In this document: piece after piece, positions 51,612 through 60,640 of the stretch
Layout of the letters: each line of letters opens with the position of its first letter
How positions within the stretch are numbered: position 1 is the stretch's first letter
Assembly (NCBI GenBank): GCA_040878345.1
Contig: JBBDML010000009.1
Coordinates: 42,693-106,692 of the forward strand
DNA length: 64,000 bases
Reading direction: 5' to 3'
Source of the DNA: Acidimicrobiia bacterium
GTDB lineage: Bacteria; Actinomycetota; Acidimicrobiia; Spongiisociales; ZC4RG35
Position numbers and translations under genes: made by a program
Notes under the pieces: generated by a model
The model's database searches: none
What the model was told of the DNA's origin: nothing
Seen by the model: only the letters and a program-made list of their open reading frames with translations

Positions 51612-51660
51612 TGGTCTGTCGCTCAATTGATGCGTAGCTATTTGGGCGACGGGCCAGTAG
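51608..51660 (+). repeat. ~50-bp palindromic REP/MITE-like element, copy 2
   Basis: CTAGTGGTCTGTCGC...GCGACGGGCCAGTAG; overlaps the TAG stop of the DMT gene; inverted copy at 32941. Confidence 0.75.
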
Positions 51661-51708
51661 ATCATCGTGGGGCGATCACGGCGGTGAAACCACTTGAATG
51701 ACGGGGCC

Positions 51709-52161
51709 ATGACCGACTTCATCGTCGACCCCTCCACACTCGCCCTACAGATCACCGGGCTCGTGCCCCAGGGTGGGAGCCACGTCCGTCAGGTCCTCCA
51801 CGACGAGATCGAGGCCCGTCTCCCCCGCGACCCGGGGTCACGGGTCAACATCCAGCTCTCCGAGCTGAACCCGGGCAGAACCGCGTCCTGGCACATCCAC
51901 AATGGCGTCGTCTACTTCGTCCTGCTCCGGGGCATCATCACCCTCCAGTACGAGGGGCGGAGCGAGCACTACTCGGCGGGCGACGTCTACACCGAGCCGA
52001 TCGGGGTGGTGCATCGGGCCCTGAATCCGCATCCCGACATCCCCGCATCATTGCTCGGTTTCTGGGTCACCGCCGCCGACCGGCCCCATATAAGCGAGAC
52101 CGGCGAGCCGGGGTGGGCTCCGAGCCCGACGACCCACCCCGCCCTCGATCAGACCGCTTAG
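51709..52161 (+). CDS. Cupin domain protein
   Basis: ASWHIHNG, EPIGVVHRALN. Confidence 0.75.
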   Translation: MTDFIVDPSTLALQITGLVPQGGSHVRQVLHDEIEARLPRDPGSRVNIQLSELNPGRTASWHIHNGVVYFVLLRGIITLQYEGRSEHYSAGDVYTEPIGVVHRALNPHPDIPASLLGFWVTAADRPHISETGEPGWAPSPTTHPALDQTA

Positions 52162-52850
52162 ACGCTCACCGAGATCGGGCTCAGCGGGACGAGCTCGAAT
52201 GTGATCTCGTCTCCCGGGTGCACCTTTATAGGTTGGATGACCGAGCCGACGATCACCACGTCTCCGGCTCCGAGCCGCTCCCCGGCCGCCCGTAACAGAG
52301 CAGCCGTGTGGCCGAGGACCGAGACGATGCGACCGGTGAGGGCCTCGAGATCCTCCGTGTCGGCGATCTCTGATCCGTTTCTCGAGATCCGGGCCCGCAT
52401 CCCGGCGACGCTGCCATCGACACGGGAATGGTCCGGCGGACCGAGGACCACGGCGCGATGGAAGATGTTGCCCTCGAGGACCTGCCCGATGTCCTCCACC
52501 GGGCTGTCGACGTCGGCGAGCTCGATTGCCGCACCGAGACCCGAGATCGACTCCACCACCCGGTCCGGCTCGAGCACATCGCTGCCCAGGTAGACCGCGA
52601 TCTCCGGTTCGGCCACCGGGTCGACCCAACCCTGGCACGAGATCGTCGACCCTGGCGCCTTCCTGCTCGATTCCGGGAGAAAGCCGACTAAGGGCCCGGT
52701 GAGCCCCAGCTTTTCCAGCCAGACCGGCGCCCCGAAAGCGAGCTTCCAGCCGATGGTCCCCTCGCCCCGCTCCAGCACCCGCCGACGCTGATCCAGCATC
52801 CGTCGCATCGCTTCCCCCACCACCGGGTCGTCCCACCCCGGCGTGGTCAT
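52158..52850 (-). CDS. 2-keto-4-pentenoate hydratase/FAH-fold protein
   Basis: IGWKLAFG, AEPEIA, AAIELAD, LGAGDVVIVGS. Confidence 0.8.
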   Translation of the reverse strand: MTTPGWDDPVVGEAMRRMLDQRRRVLERGEGTIGWKLAFGAPVWLEKLGLTGPLVGFLPESSRKAPGSTISCQGWVDPVAEPEIAVYLGSDVLEPDRVVESISGLGAAIELADVDSPVEDIGQVLEGNIFHRAVVLGPPDHSRVDGSVAGMRARISRNGSEIADTEDLEALTGRIVSVLGHTAALLRAAGERLGAGDVVIVGSVIQPIKVHPGDEITFELVPLSPISVSV

Positions 52851-53160
52851 GTGGCTTCGGCCTCGTAACCTGTGTCCTCGAGCGCCCCGGCCCCACTCCA
52901 ACCCCAGACCAGCACGACGTCCTCCTCGCCGGTGTTGTCGAAACCGTGCCAGTGCCCGCGCGGGGTGAACACCACATCACCCTGTCGCGCCGGCTCTGGG
53001 TCGTGGTCGGTGTAGATCATGCCGTTTCCCTGGAGGACGATGAAGAACTCGTCGGCCAGATGGTGCCGATGACGGTCATGTCGCCCCCCGGGCGGGAGCA
53101 CCGTCCAGCCGAGGAGGAAGTCCTCCGAGCCGGCACTGTGCTTGTCCACCAGGAACTTTG
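52847..53160 (-). pseudogene. Cupin gene, 5'-truncated and fused to the upstream dehydrogenase
   Basis: KFLVDKHSAGSEDF...HDRHRHHLADE...PRGHWHG intact, but no start or RBS of its own; overlaps the upstream ORF by ~85 nt. Confidence 0.65.
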
Positions 53161-54026
53161 AGCAGGTGATAGACATCGAAGACGGTCACGAAGTCGCGGT
53201 GGTCGATACGACGCCCCCGGCAGGCGTTGAGGAGCTCGTTGGCCACGGCGGCGAGCGGCGCCGGCGAGCCTTGGCGTCGGGCCACCTCGAGGGCGAGGAT
53301 CATGTCCTTCTGTTGCAGGGTGACGTCGGCCAGCGGCTTGTCCGGCATGCCGCCCTCGAGGATGAAGGGCCCGCGATACCCCATCACCGGCGAGGCGACC
53401 ACACTCTTCAACATGGCGTCGACGGCGACCTCACGGTCGACACCGCCCTTCTCGGCCAGGGCCACCGACTCGCAGAAGGCCACCATCTCCACGATGAGGG
53501 TGAGGTTGACCGCGATCTTCATCTGCACCGCGGTCCCCGGGCCACCGATGTAGCTCACCTTGGAGCCGATGTCGTGGAGCACCGGCGCCACCCGCTCGAA
53601 GGCGGTCAGGTCACCGCCCACCATCGTGGAGGCGCTGCCCTGGGCGAGGGTTATCGGGCTTCCCGAGATCGGTGCGTCCAGCATGGTCAGGCCGGCGGCC
53701 TCGAACTCGGCGCTGATCGCCCGACTCACCTCGGGGTCGATCGTGCTCATGTCGGGGTAGACCGAGCCGGGGCCGAGACCGGCGATCACTCCATCGGGAC
53801 CCAGCGCCACCGACCTCACCGCGGCGCCGTCGGTCACGATCGAGAACACCACCTCAGATGCGGAAGCCACCGCCCGCGGCGTGTCCGCCCATCTCATGCC
53901 CTCCTCCACCAGGGGCCATGCCTTCGACTCGGTCCGGTTCCACCCGGTGACATCGTGTCCGGCGGCCAGCAGCCGGGGGACGATGCCCTGACCCATGTCA
54001 CCCAGACCTATGAAGCCGATCCTCAC
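53076..54026 (-). CDS. 3-hydroxyisobutyrate dehydrogenase family oxidoreductase (aberrant read-through C-terminus)
   Basis: GFIGLGDMG, DAPISG, MKIAVN, QQKDM; tail after VFDVYHLL is out-of-frame cupin sequence. Confidence 0.85.
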   Translation of the reverse strand: MRIGFIGLGDMGQGIVPRLLAAGHDVTGWNRTESKAWPLVEEGMRWADTPRAVASASEVVFSIVTDGAAVRSVALGPDGVIAGLGPGSVYPDMSTIDPEVSRAISAEFEAAGLTMLDAPISGSPITLAQGSASTMVGGDLTAFERVAPVLHDIGSKVSYIGGPGTAVQMKIAVNLTLIVEMVAFCESVALAEKGGVDREVAVDAMLKSVVASPVMGYRGPFILEGGMPDKPLADVTLQQKDMILALEVARRQGSPAPLAAVANELLNACRGRRIDHRDFVTVFDVYHLLKVPGGQAQCRLGGLPPRLDGAPARGAT

Positions 54027-54101
54027 TGCAATCCTCCGGCGGGGTGGGGACGATACAGCCCGTTATCGTGCCCTCCACTTCCCAAGCCCACCTGGGAGCG
54101 C

Positions 54102-55130
54102 ATGACCACCATCGACATCCACACCCATCTCGCCACCCCGGCGAGCAGGGAGTCGATCGAGCCATACCGCCGCCCCGAGCACGAGCCCTACGACCACTAC
54201 ATGGGAGCGGACTCGGTGGCGCACAACGCCGTGATGCTGCCCGCCATCAGGCCTCTCCTCACCGAGCCGGAGTCACGCATCGAGCACATGGACCGGATGG
54301 GCATCGATATCCAGGGGCTCTCCACGTTCGTCTCCGAGCATTTCTACTGGGCCCCTCCCCGGGTCGGGGCCGAATCGGCCCGGATCCAGAACCACAACCT
54401 GGCGGAGGCGGTGGCCTCACACCCCCACCGTTTCGTCGCCTTGGGGGCGACCGTGCCCCTCCAGGACGTCGACCTGGCGATCGCCGAGATGGATCGGGCG
54501 GTCGACGAGTTGGGGTTCAAGGGTCTCCAGATCGGGGGGACGGTCGACAGACTCGATCTCGACCAGCCCCGATTCCGACCCTTCTGGGCTGCGGTCGAGG
54601 CCAAGGCAGTCCCGGTCATCGTCCACCCCAACGGCTACCCGGAGGGTCAGCGGTTCGGGGACTACTTCATGGTCAACTGCATCGGAAACCCCTTGGAGAC
54701 CATGGTGGCTGCCACCCGGATGATCTTCAGCGGGCTGTTCGAGGAGCACCCCGGGCTCGAGATGATCCTGCTCCACGGGGGCGGCTATCTGCCCTTCTAC
54801 GCCTCACGCTCCGACCACACCTGGAAGGTGCGACCGGAGACCCGGGCCCACATCCCCGATCAGCCACCCAGCCACTACATGAAGATGCTCTACTACGACA
54901 CCGTCGTCTACCAGCCGCTGTATCTGCGTCATCTGTTGGAGGTGGTCGGCGTCGATCATGTCCTGTTGGGCACGGACTTCCCGTTCGACATGAGCGAGAC
55001 CGACCCGCTGGGGCTGATCGCAGCCACCGAGGGTCTCAACGACGCCGACCGGGCAGCCATCTCGGGTGGGAACGCCGCCCGGCTCTACGGGATCGATCCC
55101 GGTGGCAATACCGCCACCACCCCCGTGTAG
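54102..55130 (+). CDS. Amidohydrolase family 2 protein (ACMSD-like, second paralog)
   Basis: DIHTH, IVHP, HGGGYLP, YYDT, GTDFPFD. Confidence 0.88.
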   Translation: MTTIDIHTHLATPASRESIEPYRRPEHEPYDHYMGADSVAHNAVMLPAIRPLLTEPESRIEHMDRMGIDIQGLSTFVSEHFYWAPPRVGAESARIQNHNLAEAVASHPHRFVALGATVPLQDVDLAIAEMDRAVDELGFKGLQIGGTVDRLDLDQPRFRPFWAAVEAKAVPVIVHPNGYPEGQRFGDYFMVNCIGNPLETMVAATRMIFSGLFEEHPGLEMILLHGGGYLPFYASRSDHTWKVRPETRAHIPDQPPSHYMKMLYYDTVVYQPLYLRHLLEVVGVDHVLLGTDFPFDMSETDPLGLIAATEGLNDADRAAISGGNAARLYGIDPGGNTATTPV

Positions 55131-56293
55131 CCGTCGACGGCCACGATCTGACCGGTCACTTCACCGAGATCGACCCCACACACCGCAGGGACCCCCAGCG
55201 ATCGCGCCGTCTCGAAGACATGGGCCGCCGGGCCCCCCAGCTCGGTCACCAGACCGACGGCATCCCAGATCAGCTGTGACAGGTACGGCAGGGCCTGTGG
55301 AGCGGTGACCACCGCCCGTGACGGCGGGCTGACTGCGCCGGCGACATGACGTAGCCCGACGCCGATCCCGCCGGCCGCCGGCACTCCCTGGAATCTGACC
55401 CCATGCTCGAGGACCACCGCCGCCGCCAGATGCGGCTCGATCTCATGGGGACCTTGGGTCGTCATCGCCACTTGCACCACTGGGATCAGGTCGGGCGATG
55501 TGGTCGTGACCGGTACCGGGGTCGGCTCCGGGGGGACGGTCCCCAGCTGCAGGATCCACAACCCCTCGCTCACCCCCCACTCACAACGGTTGTAACCGAA
55601 CCGGCTCCAGGCCGTGGCCAGAGCAGTGCCGATGTCATCGAGAGTCTCCAAACCGACAAGGGCGATGGCGTCAACACCCACCCACCTCCCGCCGGGGTCT
55701 CGGGTCGCGGCCACACCGCGCACCCACCCCTGGAGCAACGGTGCCGGCGTCCCGGTCACCGCCTGGACCCGGATCGTCCCCTCGGCTGTGATCTCGGCGA
55801 CGCCACCCACAACCGGCGCTATCGATGGTTGTATCAGTACCGCCAGAGGGACCGCCCCCGGCTCGATCCCGGATCGGTGCTGTCGATCAAGGGCATCGAC
55901 GGTGAAGACCGAGGCCCAGCAACCCAGGACCGCGTGGGGCAGTTCCTCGGGAGAAACGTCGGTGTATGAGGCGAAGGCCCCGGCCCACACCCCGTCGGAT
56001 TCGAGGGGGCTGGAGGAGCGCACGGCCAGGGTGGCGGAAAGGGCCCTACCGGCCGCCTCGATCTGAGCCGCACCAGGGAGTGGTGTCGTGGTCACTGCCT
56101 GACGGGCACCACCCGACCCACGTCGGGAGAGCACCGATGCTCCGATCTCCATATGGCTCAGCGACACCATGGTCTCGACGACGATCCCGGGAAGGACTGG
56201 AAGACCGTCCCGAAGCCCCCGGGCCAACGCCGCCGCCTTGGCGCCCACCCGCTTCGGATCGAGGGCGGAAGGCTCGTCGAGACCGGTGATCAC
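55085..56293 (-). CDS. Compact PEP-synthase-like protein (nucleotide-binding domain + phospho-His swivel domain)
   Basis: VGAKAAAL, PVLPG, AVRSSSPLE, AGAF, VLIQ; C-terminal TELGGPAAH...ARSLGVPAV...VDGYTG; GTG overlaps the M24 stop. Confidence 0.75.
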   Translation of the reverse strand: MITGLDEPSALDPKRVGAKAAALARGLRDGLPVLPGIVVETMVSLSHMEIGASVLSRRGSGGARQAVTTTPLPGAAQIEAAGRALSATLAVRSSSPLESDGVWAGAFASYTDVSPEELPHAVLGCWASVFTVDALDRQHRSGIEPGAVPLAVLIQPSIAPVVGGVAEITAEGTIRVQAVTGTPAPLLQGWVRGVAATRDPGGRWVGVDAIALVGLETLDDIGTALATAWSRFGYNRCEWGVSEGLWILQLGTVPPEPTPVPVTTTSPDLIPVVQVAMTTQGPHEIEPHLAAAVVLEHGVRFQGVPAAGGIGVGLRHVAGAVSPPSRAVVTAPQALPYLSQLIWDAVGLVTELGGPAAHVFETARSLGVPAVCGVDLGEVTGQIVAVDGYTGVVAVLPPGSIP

Positions 56294-57528
56294 TTCACCG
56301 TGATGATCTCGTGGCTGGCGTAGGTCGACACCAGCTCGATCCCGGTGTCGGTGACATAGAGCATCTCCTCGAGCCGGACCCCATGATCGTGGAGCTTGCC
56401 GTGTTGGGTCTCCAGAGCGAATGTCATGCCGGGCTCGATCTCCACCGGGTAGTCGAGTGACCAGATGCGGGAGATGACCGGCGGGTCGTATTGAGCGAGA
56501 CCGAGGCCATGACCCCAGAAGTTGGCCGCCGCCTGGTCCTCTTCCTCGTAGCCCCACACCTCCTTGGCCGACGGCCACTTGGAGGCGACGTCTGCGGTGG
56601 TGACCCCGGGCTTGGTGGCCTCGATCGAGTCCCACAGCCACTTGTGGGCCAGCTCGTAGGTTTTCTTGTGTTCTTCGGTGGGCTCGCCGCCGACGCAGTA
56701 GGTCCGGTAGACACAGGACTTGAAGCCGTTCCAGGTCAGGGCGGCGAGGTCGACGATGACCAGCTCCCCGGGCCGGATCATCCGGTCGGAGAAGTTCCGC
56801 CAATTGGGCCAGGCGTTGGGGCCAGAGGAGACGATGACGTCCTCCACGTCCTCCACCCCCGGCAGTGAGTACAGCTTCTCGAACCCGAAAGCGGCCACCT
56901 CGTTCTCACTCAGCCCGGGTTTGATGAAGTTGGTGATCTCGTAGTGGACGTAGTCGCAGATGGCGCCGACGATGGAGAATGCCTTGATCTCGTCGGGGCT
57001 CTTGATGGCTCGGGCCTCCATCATCGGTGACATCCCGTCGGTCCAGGTGATGCCCCTGTTCTCGAACTCCCTGATCAGGTTGATGTCGATGAAGTCCACG
57101 CCCAGTGGCTCGTCTCTGACACCGGCCTGCTCGAGATCGTTCATCAGGGCGTTGGCGAACTTGTTCACCTGCTGGTTGGCGGCAGGCCCCACCGCTCCCT
57201 TGATCCAGGAGTAGGAGTAGCGGATGTTCTCCTTGGGGATCCACGGGTTGTGCACCTCGAGATGGTGCCCGATGTCACCCTGCTCGTAGACGATCGGCTT
57301 CTTGCCCCGGGGCAACACCACATAGCGAAGCCCGGGCTTGAGGCGGTTCCACCCCGGGGTCAGGGTGGAGGAGACGTAGCGCATGTTCTCGTCGTAGAAC
57401 AGCAGCAGGGCGCCGAGCCCGTGCCGCTCCATGGCGTCGTGGGCACGCTTCAGCCGCCAGTCCCTGACCGCGGCCCAGTTGATCCCCTCTTTCCAGTCGG
57501 TGCTCAGCGCGAAGAACGCCTCTCTCAT
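56290..57528 (-). CDS. M24 family metallopeptidase-fold enzyme (DddP-like subgroup)
   Basis: RLKRAHDAM...ENMRY N-domain, IKSPDEI, IVD...GFKSCVYRT, GHGLG, ALET, RLEE. Confidence 0.85.
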   Translation of the reverse strand: MREAFFALSTDWKEGINWAAVRDWRLKRAHDAMERHGLGALLLFYDENMRYVSSTLTPGWNRLKPGLRYVVLPRGKKPIVYEQGDIGHHLEVHNPWIPKENIRYSYSWIKGAVGPAANQQVNKFANALMNDLEQAGVRDEPLGVDFIDINLIREFENRGITWTDGMSPMMEARAIKSPDEIKAFSIVGAICDYVHYEITNFIKPGLSENEVAAFGFEKLYSLPGVEDVEDVIVSSGPNAWPNWRNFSDRMIRPGELVIVDLAALTWNGFKSCVYRTYCVGGEPTEEHKKTYELAHKWLWDSIEATKPGVTTADVASKWPSAKEVWGYEEEDQAAANFWGHGLGLAQYDPPVISRIWSLDYPVEIEPGMTFALETQHGKLHDHGVRLEEMLYVTDTGIELVSTYASHEIITVK

Positions 57529-57576
57529 TCGTGATCCTCGAATCGGCTGATGGGCACCCTACCGAGCGGTGGTGGG

Positions 57577-58533
57577 TCAATCGATCTCGATCACCAGCTT
57601 GCCGAGGGCGCGGCCCTCCCCGAGGTGGCGGAGCGCTTCAGGCAGGTCTTCCAGTGGGTAGGTCCGTTCCACGGTGGTCCGCAAGACCCCGGCGCCAACC
57701 ATCTCGGCCGACCGGCGCAGGTCGTCGTTGTTGGGCCGCACCATGAGCAGTCCCATGCGCCGACCCCCGGTCGACAGGAGCCGACCCAGGGTGAGGGCCG
57801 ACAGCACGGCTCGCATCGAGCCCCCCACCACCAGATGGCGCCCGCCGGGAGCGATCGCCCGCCGGATGGCGAACATCGACCGCTCACACACCAGGTCGAG
57901 GATGAGGTCGTAGTGCCCGCTCTTGGTGTAATCGTCTTTGGTGTAATCGATCACATGATCGGCGCCGATGGATCGCATGAAGTCCTGCTTGTAGCCGTTG
58001 TCGACCGCGGTCACCTCGGCACCGGCGGTCTTGGCCAATTGGACGGCGAAGGCTCCCGCTCCTCCCCCACCCCCGTTAACGAGAACCCGATCGCCCGGCT
58101 CGATCCGCCGGGTTCCTTGGATGGCGATCGCCCCCGCCTGGGGGAGGGTCGAGGCCTCGGCGAAGGTGAGCGCCGCCGGCTTGTGGACGATGGGTGCCGT
58201 CTCCGGTGCCTTGACGTACTCGGCGAAGGTGCCCCCATTGAGGTACATCGTGTCGCCGAACACCTCGTCACCGGGTCGGAACCCCTCGACCGCCCCTCCC
58301 ACCGCCTCCACTATGCCGGCGACGTCGGTTCCGAGGATCTTCCTCCCGGGCCGAAACAGCCCTCCCATCCGTGCATAGAAGGGCTTTCCGATCAACCCCT
58401 CCCAGTCGGAACGGTTCAGTGACGCCGCCCGCACCCTGATGAGCAGGTCTCGCTCCCCCGGAACCGGGCTATCGACGTCCGCCATCTCGAGGACGTCGGG
58501 TGGCCCGTACCGCTCGTACACCATCGCCTTCAA
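57577..58533 (-). CDS. NAD(P)-dependent MDR family oxidoreductase
   Basis: YGPPDVL, ASLNRSD, GTDVAG, NGGGGGAG, GKLVI. Confidence 0.88.
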   Translation of the reverse strand: MKAMVYERYGPPDVLEMADVDSPVPGERDLLIRVRAASLNRSDWEGLIGKPFYARMGGLFRPGRKILGTDVAGIVEAVGGAVEGFRPGDEVFGDTMYLNGGTFAEYVKAPETAPIVHKPAALTFAEASTLPQAGAIAIQGTRRIEPGDRVLVNGGGGGAGAFAVQLAKTAGAEVTAVDNGYKQDFMRSIGADHVIDYTKDDYTKSGHYDLILDLVCERSMFAIRRAIAPGGRHLVVGGSMRAVLSALTLGRLLSTGGRRMGLLMVRPNNDDLRRSAEMVGAGVLRTTVERTYPLEDLPEALRHLGEGRALGKLVIEID

Positions 58534-58609
58534 GCTGGCGCTGAGGGTAGGTTGGTCAGAGTCGCTTGGGGAGGCACTGGAGCGGGGACGCCTTGTATCG
58601 TCCAGCTAG

Positions 58610-60397
58610 ATGGGTGGTCGTTTGGCCCTCGCCGCCTCCCTCGTACTCGCCGGTTGCACTGCGACTCCTGAGCCGACGACCACGACCGGGGGCCCGGCGC
58701 CCACTTCGGCACCAACCACTACCACGAGCCCTCCCGTCACGACACTGACCGACCCAGCCGAAGTCGTGTTCACCAACGCTCAGATCATCACCATGGATCC
58801 TGAGAATTCGACCGCCGAGGCGCTGGCGGTGGACGGGGATCGGATCCGGGCAGTGGGTGACAGATCCACAATCGACCAGTTCGTCGGGGACGAGACCCGG
58901 GTCTTCGACCTCCAGGGTCTGACAGTGCTGCCCGGACTGGTCGACGCCCACAGCCACTTCTTCGAATCGGGGGACCCCTCGATCCAGGACCAGGAGATCC
59001 TGAGCAACGGGATCACCACCACCGCCGAGCTGCACGTCACACCGGAGTTGTTGGAAACGATTCGGGGCTACGCCGGGAGTGGCGAGCTCCGGGTCCGGAC
59101 CAGTGTCTACCTCGTACACACGGATAGCTGCGGCAACCGACAGGGAGACTGGTGGAAGGAGCATCCCCCTACCCGGGAGCCCGGGGAGATGTTGCGCATC
59201 GGTGGGATCAAGGTGTTCGCCGACGGCGGGAGCTGCAACGTCCCCGCGGTCAGCTTCACGTACCCCAACGGGTCCAGCGGGGACCTCTACTTCACCGTCG
59301 ATGAGATGGAGGCCATCCTCCGAGAGATCGAGGCCGAAGGGCACCAGGCGGCAGTCCATGCCCTTGGGGATCGGGCGCTGGCCACGGTGCTCGATGCGAT
59401 GGAGCGGGTCATGGCAGGCGGTCCGAACCCGCTGCGGCACCGTATCGACCACAACGCGGTCGTCCCTCCGGAGCTGTATGGCCGACACCAGGAGGCAGGG
59501 GTCGTGGCGCTCCTCTCCGGGGCGTTCCGCACCTGTTTTCTCACTCAGGCCGACAGCAGCTACCTCTACAGGACTCCGGAGGAGTATGTCGGATGGGAGT
59601 GGCCCTGGCGACAACTACTGGACAGCAACCCCGAGACGGTCTTCGCCTGGCATGCCGACTACCCGGCTCTTCCCGCCACCCTGGGTGAGAATCTGGCCGG
59701 CTTCGTCACCAGGGTGGAGGGGGATTGTCAGCCGCTGTCCGAGATGGCCGCAGGAACCGTGACAGTCGAGGAAGCCATCGAGATGATGACACTGGGGTCC
59801 GCCTATGCCCTCGACCGAGACGAAGAGGTGGGGTCGCTGGAGCCAGGCAAGTACGCCGATCTCGTAGTGCTCAACCAGAACCCCATGAACCTCGACCCGC
59901 AGGAGCTGGGGGGCACCGAGGCGCTGATGACCGTCGTGGGGGGCAATGTCGAGTTCTGCCGCCAAGGCCAAGAGCTTCTCTGTGAAGTTGACCCCGGCTA
60001 CGAGCAGGGCCTGGAGGGTCTCACGGTCACCGCCTCGTCGTCACGGGACGAACATGTCCCTGAACGGGCTCTCGACGGCAGCATCCAGGGAGAATCCTTC
60101 TGGTCATCTGGCACCGACCCCCCTGGCTGGATCCAGGTCGACTTCGACGAGCCCGCCACCCTTCTGGGTCTCCGCTTCACCGTCTTCCAGAACCCGGAGA
60201 GCGACACCCTCCATGTCCTCAAGCTCCGGATCGAAGGCGAGTGGGTCGAGGTGGAGCGCTTCGAGACTTTCACTGCCACCGGTGACGTTCTGGGGTGGCT
60301 GCCGGATGGTCCCGTCGCCGACGTGGAGGGGTTCCGGATGACCACCTTGCAGAGCCTGTCCTGGCCCGAGTGGTACGAGATCGAGATCCTTCGCTGA
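58610..60397 (+). CDS. Lipoprotein amidohydrolase_3 (YtcJ-like) with C-terminal discoidin/F5-8C-like domain
   Basis: Lipobox LVLAGC, T/P linker, PGLVDAHSH, IKVFADG, HALGD, RIDH, GSLEPGKYAD; C-terminal TASS...ALDG...WSS...WIQVDF. Confidence 0.8.
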   Translation: MGGRLALAASLVLAGCTATPEPTTTTGGPAPTSAPTTTTSPPVTTLTDPAEVVFTNAQIITMDPENSTAEALAVDGDRIRAVGDRSTIDQFVGDETRVFDLQGLTVLPGLVDAHSHFFESGDPSIQDQEILSNGITTTAELHVTPELLETIRGYAGSGELRVRTSVYLVHTDSCGNRQGDWWKEHPPTREPGEMLRIGGIKVFADGGSCNVPAVSFTYPNGSSGDLYFTVDEMEAILREIEAEGHQAAVHALGDRALATVLDAMERVMAGGPNPLRHRIDHNAVVPPELYGRHQEAGVVALLSGAFRTCFLTQADSSYLYRTPEEYVGWEWPWRQLLDSNPETVFAWHADYPALPATLGENLAGFVTRVEGDCQPLSEMAAGTVTVEEAIEMMTLGSAYALDRDEEVGSLEPGKYADLVVLNQNPMNLDPQELGGTEALMTVVGGNVEFCRQGQELLCEVDPGYEQGLEGLTVTASSSRDEHVPERALDGSIQGESFWSSGTDPPGWIQVDFDEPATLLGLRFTVFQNPESDTLHVLKLRIEGEWVEVERFETFTATGDVLGWLPDGPVADVEGFRMTTLQSLSWPEWYEIEILR

Positions 60398-60640
60398 CAC
60401 CCCGAACTGCTCAGGTTGCCCCCGACCACCGTCCCCGGCTGAAGGCGTGACCTGGCCGACTGGTCGCAGTCTCGTCTCGGATGGACGCTCGTCAGACTGA
60501 CGCCGATGTCCCGGCGCCGCCTGCGACGCAAGGTCCATTGATCCCTGCCCGCGCCGAGAAGGGCTTGGACACGCCCAGTGAGCACAACAGCGATGTGGGA
60601 CCTTCCGGTTCCCCTGACCTCGGCCCCGTGGCCTGAGGCC

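Noticed and set aside
53142-54101. Apparent 662-aa fusion ORF 53142-55130
   Set aside because: The first ~320 codons are antisense to the dehydrogenase; the amidohydrolase starts at 54102
56290-57528. Naming the gene dddP
   Set aside because: The similarity is only at subfamily level, judged by eye, and there is no DMSP/acrylate context
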